Shown: positions 19,615 to 33,089 of the stretch, in pieces
How positions within the stretch are numbered: the first letter of the stretch is position 1
Layout of the letters: each line of letters starts with the position of its first letter
NCBI RefSeq assembly: GCF_009914755.1
Contig: NC_060947.1
Direction: 5' to 3' (one strand)
Length of the DNA stretch: 64,000 bases
DNA from: the human T2T-CHM13v2.0 reference genome, Homo sapiens
Notes under the pieces: generated by a model
What the model saw: the letters and a program-made list of their open reading frames with translations, nothing else
Database searches by the model: none
What the model was told of the DNA's origin: nothing
Made by a program: the position numbers and the translations under genes

Positions 19615-20390
19615 TGAACCTCTGACTTTAAGTCTTAGCTTCAACTATACATGCTTGAAGAAGTCATTAAAATCGTTTGAGCCTCAGTTTCCTTATCTGT
19701 AAAATGGTCTATCTCGCAGGGTTGTTAAAAAGTTTAAATTAATGCATTCAAATTGTTTTATAAATTTTTATGATATAACAATACTTAGATTTTATAAACT
19801 CATAATATATTGGGCCTGAAGACAGCCCTAGGGATCATCTAATACAAATACATATTTTTACAGATGACTAATCAAAGTCCCAAACAAGGCCAAGAAATTT
19901 GCTCAAGTTCACTACAGCTAGTGTGGCAAACCTGGAGTTAGAGCACATGTATCCTAATCTAGTTCTCTTTGCCTCTTTTTGTTTCCTTCAGTCAATCACC
20001 AGGTACTTTAGATTCTGCCTTGGAAAAGTGTTTATATAATAGCTAACGTTTATTGAATATTACAATGTCCTAGACACTCTTCTAAGCATTTTACATGTAT
20101 TTCCACATTTAATCATAATAATAACCTCAGGGAGTAGGTGCTATTTTATCTCCATTTTGCAGATGAGATAATTGAGAGTCAGAAAGTTTAATTTATCCAA
20201 GGATGCATAATCTTTACAAGATTAAACTTTCAAAAGCCAATTGAAAGATGATGTGAATAGTTGGATAGAAGTGATATGATTGGTGTCCAAAGCAGGGTAA
20301 TGGAGAGAGTAAATAACAATAGCAGAATCCAGATTCAAACTTAGGCCATCTGTCTCCAGAACCCATGTTATTAACCAATAGTTTATTGCC
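19615..20390. mobile_element. Cluster of MIR SINE fragments
   Basis: MIR core motifs gcctcagtttccttatctgtaaaatgg, attttacagatga, ctccattttgcagatgag. Confidence 0.7.
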
Positions 20391-20770
20391 TCTCATCTAT
20401 GTTTTCTCTATTCTATCATCACCACCATAAACCTAGGCCTCAATTCCTCCTGAAGGATTTCCCTCCCTTCTTGTTCTTTTTCCTGCAACCCATTCTTCTC
20501 GTCTCAGTCTGATCAATATTCCTAGGCCACCACTTCATTCAAATCATTATCTTTTTCAGGAACAAGTCATAATTTCAAATTGCCTCACAAATCAAGTCAA
20601 AAATCCTGTCCCTGTTACTCAAGTTTCTCTAGAATATGAACTTTCTTCATTTTCTGATATGATTGTTCAGTATTCATCAACACGAATCCTTTACTTTTGC
20701 CAGGTGAATTGTTGGACAAAACTTGACTTCATCCTTACCTCTATATTAGTGTTATTACTTGAAATGTTCT

Positions 20771-21412
20771 TGTATCAGTTAGGATTCTCTATTGCACATG
20801 ATGAAAAATCAAGTTAAACTGTCTCTAATAATAAAGGGAATTTACTAGCTCATTTAACTAAAAATCCAGAGAAAATGGCTTTAGGCAAGGATTGATCTAG
20901 CGTCTGAGTGATGTTGCCAAGGATCCAGATTAAATCTCTTCCACTTTGTTTTCAATGGTGTCCATACCAACTGTCAAAGACCACATAGTCTCCTTTCACC
21001 ACACACATGTGATTTGGTTTTTAATGGCTATAAGCTTTGTATCCCCATAAAATACCATCTGGTAGAAGAGAGAATCTGTGTCCTAGCATTTCCAAAAAAT
21101 GTACAGAAGTTTACCCTGATGAGAACCTTTCAGTGTCTGCTTCAATTTAATTACTGGGCCCAGAGGAATAAGATGCATGAATTAGTTTAGGCTTGAGTTA
21201 TATACCTTTCCCTAAGTCAGTCACTAGTGCCAGGAGGACAGAATATTCTGATTGACTTAAGACAATTATGATGCACACATGGAGTTAAAGTCAACTCTGT
21301 CTGAACCACTTGGCTACAAATTGTGGATGGAATGGTTTTCCAAACAAGATTGAAGTTTGCCAGAAGAAGAGAGAAATGGGATTCCTGGAAAGCACTCAGC
21401 AAATGTGTACTA
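20771..21412 (-). mobile_element. MLT1J/K-type MaLR solo LTR
   Basis: tgtatcagttaggattctc...aaagggaatttactagctcatttaact ... aatgtgtactaca termini. Confidence 0.65.
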
Positions 21413-23139
21413 CAGTTCTCCTCTCTTTCTCTTTGACAACTCAAATTGTATCTTCTCTTTTATGGCCAATTTAATTTTATTCAATCTAGTTCACACCAAT
21501 CTCTGAAGTCATACAGCATGTATAATACAGTGTACTCTATATTTGGCTTTATATGTTTTGATAGTTTATGTATTTAGAACTTGTGATTCCAACAAAATCA
21601 TGTTAATTTATGGCACAGGCTATGTATTCTAACTTTGTGTAGCCCTCACAGCATCTAGAACATTTCTGGGCATACAGCCAGTGCTATAAAAGCACTTGTT
21701 CACTTGACTTGATGACTTGTTCGGTTAGGTACAGCCACTTTGTTCATTTCGGTCATCATCAAGATTGATGCTGATTGCTCTGGTTCACTCAATCATTTGG
21801 CTCTCCACATCAATCATGAGGATAACACAGTAAATGGATTGGTTAGGCTCCAGTTCATTCACTGTGCGCTTATAGATATAGCCTTGCCGATGAATAGTAC
21901 TTGTCTGTCTGTACCCAAATCAGGTTCCATAGTTTTGTGTATGTTTTTGAAGATGTATCTTTTTGTTTGGATATGACTACTATTAAAACCATTTCTATGG
22001 AATGCATTCTCTAATAATGGGTTACATTTGAGTTACTGGTAAGTGCTTTCCATTTTGTAGTGTTTACTTGTATTAAGTATTGTATCCCATTTGATGTGCA
22101 TCTGCCTTAACCTTTTTCTATTTCATTTTATTTTTATGTTCCATAATCAAACTTCTGGAAAACAGCATTAGCCACATTGAATGCGGTTCATCTTGTACAA
22201 ATAATCCACTGCTAGCCTGATTTTTCCCCTAAATGGAACACTCAACTTTTTCCCCAGATCCATGGCATTTTTATTTTTCTATTAAAAGCTTAAGTGAATC
22301 CCAAAGAGTTGTTCTGTTCTGTTTTTTTTTAAGATGAAAGTTTCAAAAGCTAATGAAAAGATGATGCGGATCATTGGATACCAGTGACATGAAAGTTTCT
22401 AGACCAGATCTCAAAGCATTTCAAGTTTTTTCCTGCTTCTGAAAATTTACACAACCTAGTTTGTTCTCCTGGAGTCATGTTTTTCCTACTTCTTCATGTA
22501 ACTTTGATTACTTTTGCTCATTCTTAAGATTTCAACTGAAATTTTACTTTATCATGAAGGTAGAAGTTAAGCCTGATTTGTTCACTGCTGTATTAGGCAT
22601 TCAATAAATATTATTGACTGACCGAATGACACATTATTTACTCTCATTTTCACTAAATTTTAATTTGAAGTTCATTAATATAAGCATAATTTTCAAATCA
22701 ATGCAATATCTAAATTAGAAGCCAAGAGGATCATAAATATTTATCTGTCCAATAATGTTAAGATTTTAGAGATATTCATTTTAAAGCAAAGCACAGAAAT
22801 CCTTGAGTTAAATGAAAGTAAGTTAAAGTGACAATAAAGATCTACACTAATAAGTTCCATTTTGAAGATTTTAGACTTAATGAAATAAAACTTTAAGGCT
22901 TAACTTGGAAAGATTTATATAAGTTGATAAAGGGCCTGTAAACATAAACTGAAGAACCTGCTTCCAAAGTCTAATACAGAGTCATTTTTGTTATTTGAGA
23001 AATGAAAGTTAACTAAGAGTTATATTTGTTTTGTATTTTTCCTAAATTTTTAAAGATTTCTTTCTAATTCTGTGTTTATCAGATATTTAGCACTTCTAAT
23101 TTTGTAAAATATTCTTACACATGTATTGCATGTTCATGA

Positions 23140-23320
23140 AAGAAGAGAATACAGACAAATATGGATAAATAAAATAAAATCACCTACAAAGCTGCCACCT
23201 GACATAAAACTATTTACATGTGGTGCTTAGTCAAATGAAATTTTGAGTGACTATATACACACATATGGGTAGGTACAAAATAAGATCATGCTTTACATAA
23301 TTATTTGTGATCTGCTGTAT
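23140..23320 (-). mobile_element. L1ME-type 3' fragment
   Basis: aaaataaaatcacc...gatcatgctttacata pattern of L1ME 3' ends. Confidence 0.5.
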
Positions 23321-23452
23321 CATTGTAGTAATATATATATGTATAAAATTTACCATATATAAATGTACCATTTTTAAATGTATAATTCAGTGGCATTAGG
23401 TACATTCACAAAGCTGTGCAACCATCCACTATCTCCATTTCCAGAACTTTTA
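23321..23452 (-). mobile_element. L1MB 3' terminus (left piece)
   Basis: aattcagtggcattaggtacattcaca...tgtgcaaccatc...tttccagaactttt. Confidence 0.75.
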
Positions 23453-23453
23453 C

Positions 23454-24040
23454 AACAAGTAACCCAATTTAAAAATGGTAAAGGATTCAACCCAGAAATC
23501 CCATTACTGGGTTTATGCCCAAAGAAATATAAATCTTTCTATTATAAATACACATGCACATGTATGTTCACTGCAGCACTACTCACAATAGTAAAGACAT
23601 GGAATCAACCTAAATGCCCATCAGTGATAGATCGGATAAAGAAAATGTGGAACATATACACCATGGAATACAATACAGTGATAAGAAGAATGAGATCATG
23701 TCCTTTGCAGGGACATGGATGGAGCTGGAGGCCATTACCCTTAGCAAACTAACGCAGGAACAGAAAACCAAATATTGCATGTTCTCACTTATAAATGATA
23801 GCTAAATGATGAGAACACATGGACACACAGAGGGGAACATACACTGGGGCCTATCATAGGGTGGAGAGAGAGGAGGGAGAGGATCAGGAAAAGTAACTAT
23901 TTGGGTACTAGGATTAATATCTGGTTGATGAAATAATCTATACAACAAACACCCATGACACAAGTTCATCTATGTAACAAACCTGCATGTGTACCCTCAA
24001 ATTTAAAATAAAAGTTAATAAAATAAAATAATAAAAAAGA
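23454..24040 (+). mobile_element. Chimeric L1PA13-like 3' fragment (5' half copied from 29650-29922)
   Basis: L1PA13-type 3' UTR (aggatcaggaaaagtaacta..gggtactagg); shares the insertion junction and private variants with the copy at 29.3-29.9 kb. Confidence 0.85.
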
Positions 24041-24382
24041 ATATCCAGCAAATTGTTATTTATAAAAGTAAGATATTTTAGATAATCTCGATCTCAGTTG
24101 TTTAAATTATGATAAATCCACATTTTAAAGAAATGCTTTGCAACCATTAAAATTCTTATCTTTACATAACTGGCACAGAGAGTCAAAATATATTTCTAAG
24201 TAGAAAAAAAAAAGTAGATCACATGTACGCTACAACATGGATAAATTGAAAACATTATGCTAAGTGAAATAAGCCATATATGAAAAAATGAATACTGAAT
24301 GATTCCATTTATATGAAGTGCCTAGAATAAACAAGTTCTTAGAGACATAAAACAAAGCTTATCTGGGGCATGAAAGAGGGAG
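24041..24382 (+). mobile_element. Inverted L1ME and L1MB pieces
   Basis: L1MB 3' UTR (gctacaacatggat...aacattatgctaagtgaaataagcc...gattccatttatatgaagtgcctagaat) in opposite orientation to its partner at 23321-23452. Confidence 0.7.
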
Positions 24383-26985
24383 ATCATAATATGCATAACT
24401 TTTTTCACTTAGTTTACTGTGAATTTTTTCATATCTATTTATCTATCCATCCTTCTATGTATACATGTACATATGCGTTTTAATGGTTCATAATAGTCCA
24501 CTGCATTAATTAAAATATTTAACCAAATTCTTATTTATAACGTAAGTTGTTTCTAATTTTTGAATTAAAAATAATGATATGAAGGACATCCTTGTGCACA
24601 AATATCTTAACATTTTTCCAATTATTTCCTTAGATAAATTCCTAGAAAAAGGATTGCAAAGTAAAATGGCATGAACTTTTAAGACTTTTGATACAAGTTG
24701 CTAAGTAGCTCTCCAGAAAAGTTACGACAATTTACCTTTCCACCATCCAACACTTTAAAACAGCACCCATTTTCCTCCATCTACTCAACATTAAGCATTT
24801 TTATTTTTTTCTGAATTTTGCTAACCGTATGCACAGAAAATGGTATGTCATTAAATTTTCATTTTTAACTGCTAACAAAGTTGAATTTGTTTGAACTTTT
24901 TCTTATCGTTTGTTGGTCATTTGTATTTCTTGTTTTGTAAATTGCTTGATCTTATTCTCTGCCTATTATTGTCACATACTGGAGTATGCACTTTTTCTTA
25001 TTAATTTATAAGAACACATTCTATATTAAGGATATTATTCATCTGGCTGTCATCTATATTTCAAACATTATATTTTGCTGTTTGCCATTTTTATTTCAAG
25101 ATTTTCCAATTTATTGCATATAACTTTATAAGAATTTTTTCTAAGAATCTCTATTACACTGTAGTAATTGCTTAATTTTTCTAATTCTAAATTTTTATTA
25201 TTTGACCTTTTCTATTGCTTATTTTTAATATTACTTTTTCTCAACATTTTATTTTGAAAAATTTTAAGGCTACAGAAAAGTTGCAAGAGTAGTACAGGTT
25301 GAGTATCCCTTACCCAAAATGCTTGGTACCAGAAGCATTTTTTTTCTAATTCCAGAATATTTGCATTACACCAGTTGAGGATCCCAAACCCGAAAATTCA
25401 AAATCCAAAATGCTTTAAGGAGCATTTTTTAAAATGTCATTTTGGAGTTAAAAATGTTTCCGATTTTGGAGCATTTCAGATTTTGGATTTTCAAATGCAG
25501 GATGCTCAAGATGTATAATGACCACTTGTCTGTATTCTTCACTACTTCCACGAGGTTTGTTTTCTCTATTTCAGTTTCTCTCTCCCTGTCTCTCACCTCA
25601 ACATGTGCACATATTTAGCTATAGTTTGCTTCTTAAGTTTGCTTATAGTTGGTTTTTTCCCTACATAAATTTGAAATTTGGATATAGTTTAATATATTCC
25701 TTTATGTCTTCTGCCTTTAAATTCATATTTGGAAGTCTTTCCTCACCACAAGATTATATATATTTACCATCATCTTATTATTTCTTCTTTTCTCTTAATA
25801 TTTTCAATCCACATAGAATTCATTTTAACTTATGGTATTGGGCTGAATTTTTTTTTCCAAATGGTGAGCCAACTTTTCATACTATATAAATAATTCCTAC
25901 GAGTCAATAAGCAAACAGATCAATAATATACCAGGAAAAATATGTAAAAATTATGACTAGACAGTTTGCAGAAAAAGAAGCAAATAAAAGAAATGTAAAT
26001 TAAACAACTTTCAGATAACATTTTTCACCTATCAGATTGGTAAAGATCAGAAAACTTATAACAATCTGTATTGGGAACAGTGAAGGGAATCAGTGAAGAC
26101 AATACATTGCTAGTGTCAGTTTAAATTGGCACACTCTCTATGGAGGGCATTTTGGAAATAATACAACAAAAATAAAGAGGAACAAGTAGTTTGACTTAGA
26201 AATTCCACTCCTGAGTATTTGTCCTGTAAAAATAGTTACATTTGTGTGAAATAATAATTGCAGCATAGTTTTTATCAGCAAAATATTGGAAACAGCCATA
26301 ACAGAGGGCTAGTTAAATTATGGTAAATCTATCTAATGGAATACTCTATGTAGTTATTGAAAAGAATGTGGCAGCTCAATATGTAGTTATGTTGAAGGGT
26401 ATCCAAGATATATTTTTAAGTGAAAAATGCAAGATGCAGAGCAGTGTAACGTCGTACCATTTATTTAGGGGAGAATGGAATCCGTAAATATAAAATCTTT
26501 GAAAGTGCAGATATTATCTCTGGCAGGATACACAAGAAACTGGCAAAACTCCAGAGATACTGTAGTACACAGAAGAAAGAATGACTTAGCCAGTTATCAC
26601 TACATTGTTTATTGAATAATCTACCTTTCACTACTGTCAGTGGCTTATCTAAAACGTTGCTTTTATCATATATTAAAGGCTTATATGTATTTAGATCTTG
26701 TCTGGACATTCTGCTCTATTCTATGGACCTACCACTCCTTCCTCAACAGTACCACACAATTTTAATGATTCATTATTTAATTTTTGACATTGAAAAATCC
26801 CTGGCTGGGCAAATTCTTTTAACTATTTTTTACAAAAATTTCTTCACTATCTTATTTTGTTTATTTTTTCCAAACAACTTAATAATCTCTTTGTTGCAGA
26901 TCCGCTTACCCCAAAAACTACTGGGATTTGCTGGGATTTGATTGAAATGAGTTAAAACTTAAACATTGTTTTTCTTTTATTCATT
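24383..26985. mobile_element. Degenerate L1ME fragments, both orientations
   Basis: L1ME-like (atttccttagataaattcctagaa; acatttttcacctatcagattgg). Confidence 0.6.
25295..25513. mobile_element. Tigger4a/MER46A MITE (TcMar-Tigger)
   Basis: caggttgagtatccc...ggatgctcaagatg terminal inverted repeats, TA on both sides. Confidence 0.88.
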
Positions 26986-26989
26986 TATT

Positions 26990-27500
26990 CTATCTGCCAT
27001 TCACTTTCCACAGTGTCTGTTACCTGAGGTCAACTGAAGCCCAAAAAATATGAAATGGAAAATTCTAGAATTAAACAAATCATGTTTAAAATTGTGCACC
27101 ATTGTGAGTAGCATGATGATATCTTGTGCTATTGCAGTGCTGGGACAGGAATCCTCCTTTTGCTCAGTGTAACCATGTTGTCTATGCTACCCGCCCATTA
27201 GTCACTTAGTGGTCATGTAGGTTATCAGATTGACTGTCATGGTGCTTGTGTTCAAGTGACCCTTATTTTACTTAATAACAGCCTCGAAGCACAAGAATAG
27301 TGATACTGGCATATTCCTATATATGTTCTATTTATTATTAGCTATTGTTGTTAGTATCTTACTATGCTAATTTATCAATTAAAATTTATCATATATATGC
27401 ATACATACAATTAACACAGTACTTATAGGGTTGGGTACTATCTGTGGCTTCAGTTGTCCACTGCAGTCTTGGAATTTATCCTTTAGGAGAAGACTAATGT
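26990..27500. mobile_element. MER44B-type Tigger7-derived DNA transposon
   Basis: gctacccgcccattagtcacttagt...gtgttcaagtgacccttattttacttaataa matches MER44. Confidence 0.8.
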
Positions 27501-27502
27501 GT

Positions 27503-28210
27503 AAGTATTTACTGAGCACCTACTATTTGTCAGACACTAGTATACATACTAGTGATAGGTGAACATGTCAGTGAACAAGTCAAGCAATATCACTAATTTT
27601 GAGGAGCTTACATTTTAGTTGGATGCGATGATATGGAGATAAATTATAAACAAGCAAATAGGTACACAAACAGGATAATTTCACATAGTAATGAAGGTCA
27701 TGGCAACATTTAAACAGCATAATGTAATATGACCATCTCAGTGAATGGTGAGGGTTTGCTTAGATCAGGTGGCTTCAAAAGGTGACACTTGATCTGAGAA
27801 CTGAATTATGAGAAGAAGCCTTGTGACGATCTGAAGCAAAAGTGTCCCAAACTGAAGTTAGAAGCCAAGAGTTCTGTTTTGTACCTTCAAAGTTTGACAT
27901 GCTAAGACTTATCAGTGTGACTTGCCAAGTAGATAATTGGGTACATGACTGGCAGTCAGGGGAGAGATCAGGGTTGGAGTCATCAACATATAGTTAATAT
28001 TTAAAACCATAAGAAAAGGTGAGTTCATCTAGGAAGAATGCAAATAGAGAAGAGAAGATGGTTAAGGACCAAAACCTTCAGAAGTTTTCAGGAAAGGGAA
28101 AATCCAGGTAAGAAGCTGAAAGGAGCAGACAGTAAGGTGGAAACACAAACAGGAAAAGGTTGTAGCACAAATTCCAAGAGAAGGATGTGTTTTCAAGAGA
28201 GAAGGAATCA
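27503..28210 (-). mobile_element. L2 fragment
   Basis: tatttactgagcacctacta...ggagcttacattttagt L2 3' motifs. Confidence 0.7.
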
Positions 28211-28356
28211 TCACATCTTTACACTATTGTCTTCCTCTTGAGAAACATGAAAGGTCTCTGCATTTATTTAAGCCTTCTTTTATGTCTTTTCTGTTTCTTA
28301 GTAAAGTTTTGTGGTTTTCTTAGCAGAGGTTCTCAACACAAATATTTAGTTTATCT

Positions 28357-30648
28357 TTTAAAATTATTATTTTATTATAAATTGACAAGTTGTAGTTGTA
28401 TATATTCAAGATTTATGGGATACAAATTTACGTGAGGATGTATGTGTACAATGAGAAATGGGTAAATCAACTCATTAACACATTAACCACCTCAAATACT
28501 TATTTTTTGTAGTGAAAACATTGGAAGTTTGCTGTCTTATTAGCAATTTTGAAATACACATTATTATCAACTATAGTCACTGTGCTGTGCAATATATCTC
28601 AAAAAATTATTCCTCCTATCTAACTGAAACTTTGTATTCTTTGGCCAACATCTCCCCATTTATATCTGCCCCCTAGACCTGGTAACCACCATTCTACTCT
28701 CTGCTTCTGAGTTCAATTATTTCAGATTCTACATATAAGTGAGATAATGAGGTATTTCTATTTCTGTGCCTAGCTTATTTTGTTTAACAAAGTGTCCTCC
28801 AGGCTCATCCACGTTGTCTCAAATGAGAGAATTTTCTTCTTTTGAGATGCTGAATAGTATTCAGTTGCGCATATATAAAACATTTTCTTTATCCATTCAT
28901 CCTTTGTCACTTAAGTTGATTCTATAACTTAGCTATTGTGAATAATGTTGCAATGAACATGAAAGTGCAGTTAACTCTAACATACTGATTTTATTTCCTT
29001 TAGATATAAACACAGTACTGGGATTGCTGGATCATATGGTAATTCCATTTTTAGTTTTTTGTGGAAACTGCATATAGTTTTCCATAATGGCTATACTAAT
29101 GTACATTCCCACCAACAGCGTACAAGGATTTTCTTTTCTCCACATCCTTTCCTACACTTTTGCTCTTTCATCTTTTTAGTAACATCTATTCTAACTGGTG
29201 TGAGGAAATATCTCATTATGGTTTTAATTTGCATTTCCCTAATTATTAGTGATGTTGAGTATTTTTTCATGTATCTCAAATACTTGGTCATTTATATGTC
29301 TCCTTTTGAAAAAATATCTATTTAGGCCTTTACCATTTCTATTAATTTAACATTTTTTTAACTTTTATGTCCAGGGGTACATGTGCAGGTTTGTTACATA
29401 GGTAAACTTGTGTCACAGGGGGCTTGCTGTACAGATTATTTTATCACCCAGTTATGAAGCCTAGTACCCATTAGTTATTTTTCCTGATCCTCGCTCTTCT
29501 CCCATGCCCCACCCTCCAAAAGGCCCCAGCTTGTGTTGTTCCCCTCTTTGTGTCTATGCATTCTCATTATTTAGCTCTCACTTATAAGTGAGAAGATGTG
29601 ACATTTGGTTTTCTGTTCCTGCGTTAGTTGGCTTAGGATAATGACCTTCAGCTCCATCCATGTCCCTGCAAAGGACATGATCTCATTCTTCTTATCACTG
29701 TATTGTATTCCATGGTGTATATGTACCACATTTTCTTTATCCAATCTATGACTGATGGGCATTTAGGTTGATTCCATCTCTTTGCTATTGTGAGTAGTGC
29801 TGCAATGAACATACATGTCCATGTGTATTTATAATGGAAAGATTTATATTTCTTTGGGCATAAACTTTGTAGCGGGATTTCTGTGTTGAATCCTTTACCA
29901 TTTTTAAACTGTGTTATTTGTTTTCTTGCTATTCAGTTGTTTGAGTTCCCTGTATATTTTGGATATTAACCCCTTATCAGATGTATGGCTTACAAATATT
30001 TTCTCCCAATTTGTATGTTGTCTTTTTACTATGCTTATTGTTTCCTTTGCTGTGCAGAAGATAGAATTCAGGAGCAAAGCCATCAAGTCCTTGGCTTGGA
30101 CTCTTTAATGAGAGTCTGTTTAATGGGAGACTCTTTATTACTGACTCAATTTCCTTACTCATTATTAGTCTGTTCAGATTTTATATATAAATTTATTATT
30201 CAGTCTTGGTAGGTTGTATGTGTCTTGGAATTTATCCAATTTTTTCTATCTTATCCAAATTGTTGCTGTAGAATTGATCATGGTGGTCTTTTGTGATCCT
30301 TTTTATGAATCTGATGTTAGTCATACTGTCTCCTATTTCATTGTTGATTTCATTTATTTGCATATACTTTCTTTTTTTCCTAGACTAAGTTCTTATCAAT
30401 TGTGTTAGTCATCTCAAAAAACCAACCCCTAATTTGTTAACATTTTCTATTGTTTCTGTAGCCTCTATTACTTTTATTTTTGCTTTGATCTATATTATTT
30501 CCTCTCTTCTACTAACTTTGGGCTTAGATTGCTATTATAGTTCTTTAAGGTGTACAGTTAGGTGGTTTATATGAGAGCTTCTCTTTTAATGTAGGCATTT
30601 ATTGCAATAAAATTCTTTCTTAGAACTGGTTTTGCTGTATCCCATAAG
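28357..30648 (-). mobile_element. L1MA-type element with internal deletion at ~30060, interrupted by L1PA13
   Basis: L1MA 3' UTR and ORF2; jump from gctgtgcagaag to an upstream ORF2 segment. Confidence 0.8.
29339..29891 (-). mobile_element. 5'-truncated L1PA13-like insertion
   Basis: Perfect 12-bp TSD cctttaccattt at 29327-29338 and 29892-29903. Confidence 0.9.
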
Positions 30649-31248
30649 GAGTGAGAATATGTGGTGTTTGGTTTCCTGTTCCTGTATTAGTTTGTTGAAG
30701 ATAATGGCTTCCAGCTTCATCTATGTCCCTGCAAATGACATGATCTCATTCCTTTTGATGGCTGCATAGTATTCCATGGCGTATATGTACTACATTTTCT
30801 TTATCCAGTCTGTCATTGATGGGCATTTGGGTTGGTTCCATTTCTTTGCTATTGTAAATAGTGCTGCAATAAACATACTTGTGCATGTGTCTTTATAGTA
30901 GAATGATTTATATTCCTTTGGATATATACCCAGTAGTGTGATTCCTGGGTCAAATAGTATTTTTGGTTCTAAAACTTTGAGGAATTGCCACACTGTCTTC
31001 CACAATGGTTGAACTAATTTACATTCCCACCAACAGTGTAAAAGCATTACTATTTCTCCACAGCCTCATCAGGATCTATTCTTTCTTGACCTTTTAATAA
31101 TCTCCATTCTAACTGGCATGAGATGGTATCTCATGGTTTTGATTTGCATTTCTCTAATGATCAGTGATGTTGAGCTTTTTCCACAAATTTTTTGGCCACA
31201 TACATGTGTTCTTTTGAGAAGTGTCTGTTCATATCCTTTGCTCACTTT

Positions 31249-31253
<5 letters not shown>

Positions 31254-31297
<44 letters not shown>
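31254..31297. repeat. (TA)n microsatellite at the tail of a short L1PA insertion
   Basis: About 22 TA units. Confidence 0.95.
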
Positions 31298-31300
<3 letters not shown>

Positions 31301-31428
31301 CTTTAAGTTCTAGGGTACATGTGCACGATGTGCAGGTTTGTTACATATGTATACCTGTGCCATGTTGGTGTGCTGCACCCATTAACTTGTCATTTACATT
31401 AGGTATATCTCCTAATGCTATCCCTCCT
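31298..31428 (-). mobile_element. Very short young L1PA (PA3-5-type) 3' end
   Basis: actttaagttctagggtacatgtgcac...catttacattaggtatatctcctaatgctatccctcc. Confidence 0.85.
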
Positions 31429-33089
31429 TCCTCTTCTAGGGTTTTTATGGTTTGGGGTTTTACATTTAAGTCTTTAATCCATCTTGAGTTAGTTTTTGTA
31501 TAAGGTGTAAAGAAGTAGTCCAGTTTCAGTTTTCTGCATATGACTAGCCTGTTTTCCCAGCACCATTTATTGAACAGGGAATCATTTCCGCATTGCTTGT
31601 TTTTATCTGGTTTGTCAAAGATCAGATGGTTATACATGTGTGTTGTTATTTCTGAGGTCTCTGCTCTATTCCATTGGTCAATATATCTGTCTTGGTACCA
31701 GTACCATGCTCTTTTGGTTACTGTGGCCTTGCAGTATAGTTTGAAGTCAGGCAGCATGATGACTCCAGCTTTGTTCTTTTTGCTTAGGATTTCTGGGCTG
31801 TATGGGCTCTTTTTTGGTTCCATATGAAATAAAGTAGTTTATTCTAATTATGGGGAATATGTCAATGGTAGTTTGATGGGAATAGCATCGAATCTATAAA
31901 TTACTTTGGGTAGTATGGCCATTTTCACGATGCTGATTTTTCCTATCCATGAGCATGGAATGCTTTTCCATTTGTTTGTGTCCTCCCTTATTTTCTTGAG
32001 GAGTGGTTTGTAGTTTTCCTTGAAGAGGTCCTTAACATCCCTTGTTAGCTGTATTCCTAGGTATTTTATTATCTTTGTAGTGATTGCAAATGGGAGTTCA
32101 TTCATGATTTGGTTCTCTGCTTGTCTATTGTTGGTGTATAGGAATAATTGTGATTTTTGCACATTAATTTTGTATCCTGAGACTCTGCTGAAGTTGCTTA
32201 CCAGCTTAAGGAGTTTTGGGGTTGAGACGATGGGGTTTTCTAAATATAAAATCATGTCATCTGCAAACAGAGACAATTTGACTTCCTCTCTTCCTATTTG
32301 AATACCTTTACTTTTTTATCTTGCCTGATTACCCCGGCCAGAACTTCTAATACTATGTTGAGTAGGAGTGGTGAGAGAGGGCATCCTTGTCTTGTGCACG
32401 TTTTCAAATGGAATGTTTCTGGGTTTTGCCCATTCAGTATATCAGCTGTGGGTTTGTCTTAAATAGCTCTTGTTATTTTGAGATATGTTCCATCAATACC
32501 TAGTTTATTGAAAGTTTTTAACATGAAGGGATGTTGAATTTTATATAAGGCCTTTCCTGCATCTATTGAAATGACCATTTAGTATTTGTCTTCAGTTCTG
32601 TTTGTGTGATGGATTAAGTTTATTGATTTGCATATGTTGAGCCAGGCTTGCATCCCAGGGATAAAGCCAAGTTGATCATATTGGACATGCTTTTTGATGT
32701 GCTTTGGGATTCGGTTTGCCAGTATTTTATTGAGGATTTACGCCACATTGTTCTGCAGGGATATTGGCTTGAAGTTTTCTTTTTTCGTTGTGTCTCTGCC
32801 TGGTTTTGGTAGTAGGATGATGCTGACTTCATAAAATGAGTTATGGAGGAGTCCCTCCTTTTCAGTTGTTTGGAATAGTTTCAGAAGAAATGGTACCAGC
32901 TCCTCTTTGTGTCTCTGGTGGAATTCCACTGCGAATCTGTTGGGTCCTGCCTTTTTTTGGTTGGTAAGCTATTAATTACTACCTCAATTCCAGAACTTGT
33001 TATTGGTCTATTCAGCAATTTTACTTCTTCTTGGTTTAGTCTTGGGGGAGTGTATGTGTTCAGGAAATTATCCATTTCTTCTAGTTTAG

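Larger units (their letters stand above)
30649..33087 (-). mobile_element. L1PA8-like ORF2 fragment lacking both ends
   Basis: ORF2 RT ([14 protein letters not shown]) and C-terminus; no tail or TSD. Confidence 0.88.
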
